From the human T2T-CHM13v2.0 reference genome, Homo sapiens, in NCBI RefSeq assembly GCF_009914755.1, contig NC_060947.1: DNA of 64,000 nucleotides; one strand, written 5' to 3'. Position 1 is the first letter of the stretch, and each line of letters starts with the position of its first letter. This document shows, piece by piece, positions 56,483-64,000 of this stretch. Made by a program: the position numbers and the translations under genes. Below the pieces are notes generated by a model that worked only from the letters and a program-made list of their open reading frames with translations, was not told the origin of the DNA and did no database searches.

Positions 56483-59400
56483 GTGGCAGAAAGGAGACAG
56501 GACTAAATTGCACCTCCCACTTGGACAGACAGAACAGGGTGTGGAGACTCACATCATGAACTTTCACTCAAAGAACTACTGCAGGAATAGACCAGAAAAG
56601 CTGAGAGAATCTACAGACCCTTTGAAGGAAGAGGATTACTCCTGCAGGACCCGGGAGATAGCCCAAATACTGTGAGTGCCTAAACTGGGAAAGTGGGAAA
56701 GGGGGATTGTCCACTCCCGAGCACACACTCTCACTGGGGAACCTGAAGGTCCAGATCGCAGGAGAAGGATATGACCTTAACTGGATCTGAGACAATTTAG
56801 AGAGCTGAGCGAAATACAGGGGTAGAGGAAACAGTAGGAAAAGCCCTGTGAGCCATCTGGGTCCCTGGGGAAGCCAGATCTGACTTGTCTCACAGGAGTC
56901 CGGTGGGAGGGCTGCCAGAGGAACTGGGGAAAGACCAAAGGGAAAAGGAAACCTCCAGCTAAACTTTGTAACCACTTGAACCAAACGTGAAGTCTCCCGG
57001 CCAAAACTCGAGGGAGGGCATAAATCCAGTGCGCAGACTCAACAGGCAAAAAGATGCAAAAGCCATGCTTTCTTAGCTGGCAGGCTGGTAGCCTGGGACA
57101 AGTTCTCAGCCCTGCTCACTCACTGCCTGGAAACAAACTTGGTGCTGTCAGGGTGGGGCACGGTGGGAGTGAGACTGGCCTTTTGGGTTGCATGGGAGCT
57201 GGGTAAGGCCTGTAACTTCTAGCTTTCCCCTACTTCCCTAACAACCTGCATGACATAGCAGAGCAGCCATAACTCTCCTGGGAGCATTACTCCATTGACA
57301 TGGGTACCATACCCCCAACCTCCCAACCCCCACAGCAGCCTCAGTAAGCCAGGCCCAAGGAGAGTCTGAGCTCAGACATGCCTAACCCACCCCAGTAGCT
57401 GAAGACAAAGGCCATATTATCTTGGGAGTTCTAAGGCCTCGCCCACCTCCTGATTCTCCTGATTCTCCCCTATACTACCACAGCTAATGGTCTCTTGAAA
57501 TCCTCACCTCCTGGCAGGAGGCCAACCAGCACAAACCTTGTGCATCAAACAACTGCGACTAAGGGCACTCACAGAGTCCATTTCACTCTCCCGCCACCTC
57601 ACTGCCAGTCTCACTGGAGACTGAGAGAACTGAAGATGGTTCACATCAAAGCACTCTGTGCAGACAGCCCCCAGTACCAGACCAGAACCTGGTAGCCCTG
57701 CTGAGTGGCTAGATCCAGAAGAGAAATAACATTCATTACAGTTTGGCTCTCAGGAAGCCACATCCTTAAGAAAATCAGGAGAGTACTACATCAAGGGAGC
57801 ACCCCGTGGTACAAACAATGTGAACTGCAGCCTTCAGCCCGAGATCTTCGCTCTGACATAGCCTACCCAAATGAGATGGAACCAGAAAAACAATTCTGGT
57901 AATATGACAAAACCAGGTTCTTTAACACCCCCCTACTGCCAGTTACACTAACTCACCAGCAATGGATCCAAGCCAAGAAAAAAATCCCTGAATTGCTGGC
58001 AAAAGAATTCAGACTGTCAATTATTAAGCTAATCAAGGAAGCACCAGAGAAAAATGAAGTCCAAACTTTAAAATTTTTTAAAAGAAATACAAGATATGAG
58101 GGAAGAAATCTTCTGTGAAATAGATAGCATAAATAAAAAACAATCACAACTTTAAAAAATAAAGAACACAGAGAAATGCGAAATGTACTGGAAAGTCTCA
58201 CCAATAGAATTGAACAAACAGAAAAAAGAACTTCAGTGCTCAAACACAAGGTTTTCAAAGTAACCTAACCAGCAAAGACAAAGAGAAAATAATTTCAAAA
58301 ATGTGCAAAGCCTCCAAGAAGTTTGGGATTATGTTAAATGACCAAACCTAAGAATAAGAAAGTGGAAATCTAAACGTTAGGAAAACATATTTGAAGGAAT
58401 AATCAAGAAAAATTTCCCTGGCCTTGCTAGAGATCTAGACATCCAAATACAAGAAGCTAAAAGAACACCTGGGAAATTTATTACAAAAAGATTATTGCCT
58501 AGGCACATAGTCATCAGCTTATCTAAAGTCAAGATGAAGAAAAGAATCTTAAGAGCTGTAAGGCAAAAGCACCAGGTAACCTATTAAAGAAACCTATCAG
58601 ATTAATAGCAGATTTCTCAGCAGAAACCTTACAAGCTAGAAGGAGTTGGGGCCCTATCTTCAGCCTCCTTAAACAAAACAATTATCACCCAAGAATTTTT
58701 TATCCAGTGAAAATAAGCTTCATAAATGAAGGAAAGATACAGTCTTTTTCAGACAAACAAATGCTGAGAGAATTCACCACTACTAAGCCAGCAGTACAAG
58801 AACTGCTAAAAGGAGCTCTAAATTTTGAAACAAATCCTGGAAATACATCAAAACAGAACCTCTTTAAAGCATGAATCTTGTAGGACCATAAACAAAATAC
58901 AATTAAAAAAAAAGGTATTCAGGCACAAATAGCATGATAAATGGAATACTACCTCACATCTCAATACTAAAGTTGAATGTAAATGGCCTAAATGCTCTAT
59001 TAAAAAATGCAGAATTGCAGAATAGATAAGAATTCAACAACCAAGTATCTGCTGCCTTGAAGAGACTCACCTAGCACATAAGGACACACATAAACTTAAG
59101 GTAAAAGGGTGGAAGAAGATATTCCATGCAAATGGACACAGAAAGCAAGCAGGATTAGCTATTCTTATATCAGACAAAACAAACTTTAATAAAGCAACAG
59201 CAGTTAAAAGAGACAAAGAGGGATATTATATAATGATAAAAGAGCTTGTCCAACAGGCAAATATCGCAATCCTAAATATATATGCACCTAACACTGGAGC
59301 TTTCAAATTTATAAAACAATTACAACTAGACCTATGAAATGACAGATGGCAACACAATAATAGTGGGGGACTTCAATACTCTACTGACAGCACCAGACAG

Positions 59401-62300
59401 GTCAAGAAGACAGAAAGTCAACAAAGAAACAATGGATTTAAACTATGCCCTACAACAATGGACTTAATAGACATTTACAGAACATTCTATCCAGCAACCA
59501 TAGAATATTCATTCTATTCATCAGTGCATGGAACTTTCTCCAAGATAGATGATATGATAAGCCATAAAATAAGTCTCATTAAATTTAAGAAAATTGAAAT
59601 TACATCAAGTACTCTCTTAGACCACAGTGGAATAAAATTGGAAATCAACTCCAAAGGAACCTTCAAAACCATGAAAATACATGGAAATTAAATAACCTGC
59701 TCCTGAACGATCATTGGATCAACAATGAAATGAAGAGGCAAATACAAAAATTCTTTGAATTGAATGATAATATTGACACACCTATCACAACCTCTGGGAA
59801 GCAGCAAAAGAAGTGATAAGAGGAAAGTTCATAGCCTTAAATCCCTACATAAAAAAATCTGAAAGAGCACAAATGGATAATCTGAGGTCACACTTCAAGA
59901 AATTAGAGAAATAAGAACAAAACTTAAACCCAGCAGAAGAGAAGAAAGAAAAACAAAACTCAAACCCAGAAGAAGAAAAGAAATAACAAAGATCAGAGCA
60001 GAACTAAAAGAAATTGAAACAAAAAAATACAAAAGATAAATGAAACAAAAAGCTGGTTATTTGAAAAGATAAATAAAACTGATAGACTGTTAGGAGGGTT
60101 AACTGAGAAAAGAAGAGAGAAGATCCAAATAACATTAATTAGAAATGAAATGGGAGATATTACAACCAGCACCATAGAAATATGAAAGATCATTCAAGGC
60201 TACTATGAACACCTTTACACATATAAACTAGAAAACTTAGAGGACATGGATAAATTCCTGGAAATATACAACCCTCCTAGCTTAAATTAGGAAGAATTAG
60301 AGACCATGAACAGAAAAATAACAAGCAGTGAGATTGAAATGGTAATTAAAAAAATGGCCAACAAAACCAGTCCAGGACCAGATGGATTCACAGCTGAATT
60401 CTATCAGACATTCAAGGAAGAATTGGTACTGATCCTTTTGACACTATGCCACAAAACAGAGAAAGAGCAAATCCTCCCTAAATCATTCCATGAAGCCAGT
60501 AACAACCTAATACCAAAACCAGAAAAGGACATAACAAAAAAAGAAAACTGCAGACTGATATCTCTGATGAACATAGATGCAAATATCCTTAACAAAATAC
60601 TAGCTAACTGAATCCAACAGCATATCAAAGAGATAATCCGTCATGATTAAGTGGGTTTCATTCCAGGGATGCAGGGATGGTTTAACTTATGCAAGTAAAT
60701 AAATTTGATACACCACGTAAACAGAATTAAAAACAAAAATCACATGATCTTCTCAATAGATACAGAAAAACATTTTACAAATTCCAGCATTCCTTTAAGA
60801 TTAAAACCCTCAGCAAAATCAGCATTCAAGGGACATGCCTCAATGTAATAAAGTCCACCTATGACAAACCCACAGCCAACATAATACTGCAAGGGGAAAA
60901 GTTGAAAGCATTCCCTCTGAGAACTAGAAGAAGACAAGGATGCCCACTCTCACCACTTTTATTCAACATAGTGCTGGAAGTCCTAGCCAGAGCAATCATA
61001 CAGGAGAAAGAAATAAAAGGAATCCAAATTGGTAAAGAGGAAATCAAACTATAACTGTTTTCTGATGATATGATTGTATACCTAGAAAACCCTAAAGACT
61101 CGTCCAAATAGCTCCTAGAACTGATAAATGAATTTAGAAAAGTTTCAGGATACTAAATTAATGTACAGAAATTAGTAGCTCTGCTATACACCAACAGTGA
61201 TCAAGCTGAGAATTAAATCAAGAACTGAACCCCTTTTACAATATCTGCAAAAAAAAAAAATACTTAGGAATATACCTAACCAAGGAGGTGAAAGACCTCT
61301 ACAAGAAAACTACAAAACACTGTTGAAATAAATCATAGATGACACAGACAAATGGAAACACATCTCATGCTCATGGATGGGTAGAATCAATATTGTGAAA
61401 ATGACCATACTGCTAAAAGCAGTCTACATATTCAATGCAATTCCCATAAAAAATGCCACCACTATTCTTCACAGAACTAGAAAAAACAATCTTAAAATTC
61501 ATATGGAACCAAAAAAAAAATTTTGCATAGCCAAAGTAAAACTAAGCAAAAGAACAAATCTGGAGGCATCACATTACCTGACTTCAAACTATCCTATAAG
61601 GCCATAGTGATCAAAACAGAATGGTACTGGTATAAAAATGGCCACATGGACCAATGGGACAGAAAGGAGAACCCAGAAATAAACCCAAATACTTACAGCC
61701 AACTGATCTTCAACAAAGCAAACAAAAACAAAGTAGAGAAAGGACACCCTTTTCAACAAATGGTGCTGAGATAATTGGCAAGCCACATCTAGGAGACTAT
61801 ATCCTCATCTCTCACCTTATACAAAAATCAAGTCATGATGGATCAATAACTTAAATGTAAGACCTGAAACTATAAACATTCTAGAAGATAACACTGGAAA
61901 AACCCTTCTAGATATTGGCTTGGGCAAAGACTTCATGACCAAGAACCCAAAAGCAAATGCAACAAAACAAGGATAAATAGGTGGAACTTCACTAAAGAAC
62001 TTCTGAAAAGCAAAAAGAACAGTCAGCAGATTAAACAGACAAACTACAGAGTGGGAGAAAATCTTCACAATTTATACATCTGACAAGACTAATATCCAGA
62101 ATCTACAAGGGACTCAAACAAATTAGCAGGAAAAAAGAAAGAAAGAAAAAAAAAATCCCATCAAAAAGTGGGCTAAGGACATGAATAGACAATCCTCAAA
62201 AGAAGATGTACAAATAGCCGGCAAACATATGAAAAAATGCTCAGCATCACTAATGATCAGGGAAGTGCAAATCAAAACCACAGTGCGATACCACCTTACT
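56483..62300 (+). mobile_element. L1PB-like LINE-1, 5'UTR through most of ORF2, 3' end missing
   Basis: 5' end 'tggcagaaaggagacaggactaaattgca', decayed ORF1 (~57870-58870) and ORF2 ([28 protein letters not shown]). Confidence 0.9.

Positions 62301-64000
<1,700 letters not shown>

Overview
Primate (human-like) genomic DNA made up mostly of interspersed repeats. There are three large LINE-1 elements: an L1PA2/3-like copy at ~3.4-8.6 kb with an intact ORF1, an L1PA5-7-like copy at ~30.0-35.15 kb with a complete 5'UTR and open ORF0, and an L1PB copy at ~56.5-62.3 kb. Around them are many older L1M/L1MA/L1PB fragments nested in one another, about 13 Alu/FLAM copies, MaLR/ERVL LTRs (MSTA, THE1, MST, MLT1, MLT2), DNA transposons (MER1B, Tigger1), MIR/L2 relics and microsatellites. 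Every long ORF in the track is L1-, Alu-, Tigger- or microsatellite-derived. I recognise no host protein-coding exon, RNA gene or CpG island, and I cannot name the locus. Less repetitive islands lie at ~11.7-16.7 kb and ~41.7-56.4 kb. I do not see a clearly new multi-gene system. The notable features are rearrangement scars and possible cryptic transcription signals: a MER21-like filler replacing ~1.1 kb of an L1, a 153-bp locally templated duplication, a doubled L1 3' end suggesting re-priming during reverse transcription, an L1 5'UTR-ORF2 fusion fragment, an old ~100-bp unique-sequence duplication, and an ORF0 splice donor in phase with a downstream candidate exon. Repeat subfamily names come from remembered consensus sequences, and most boundaries are approximate (tens of bp).
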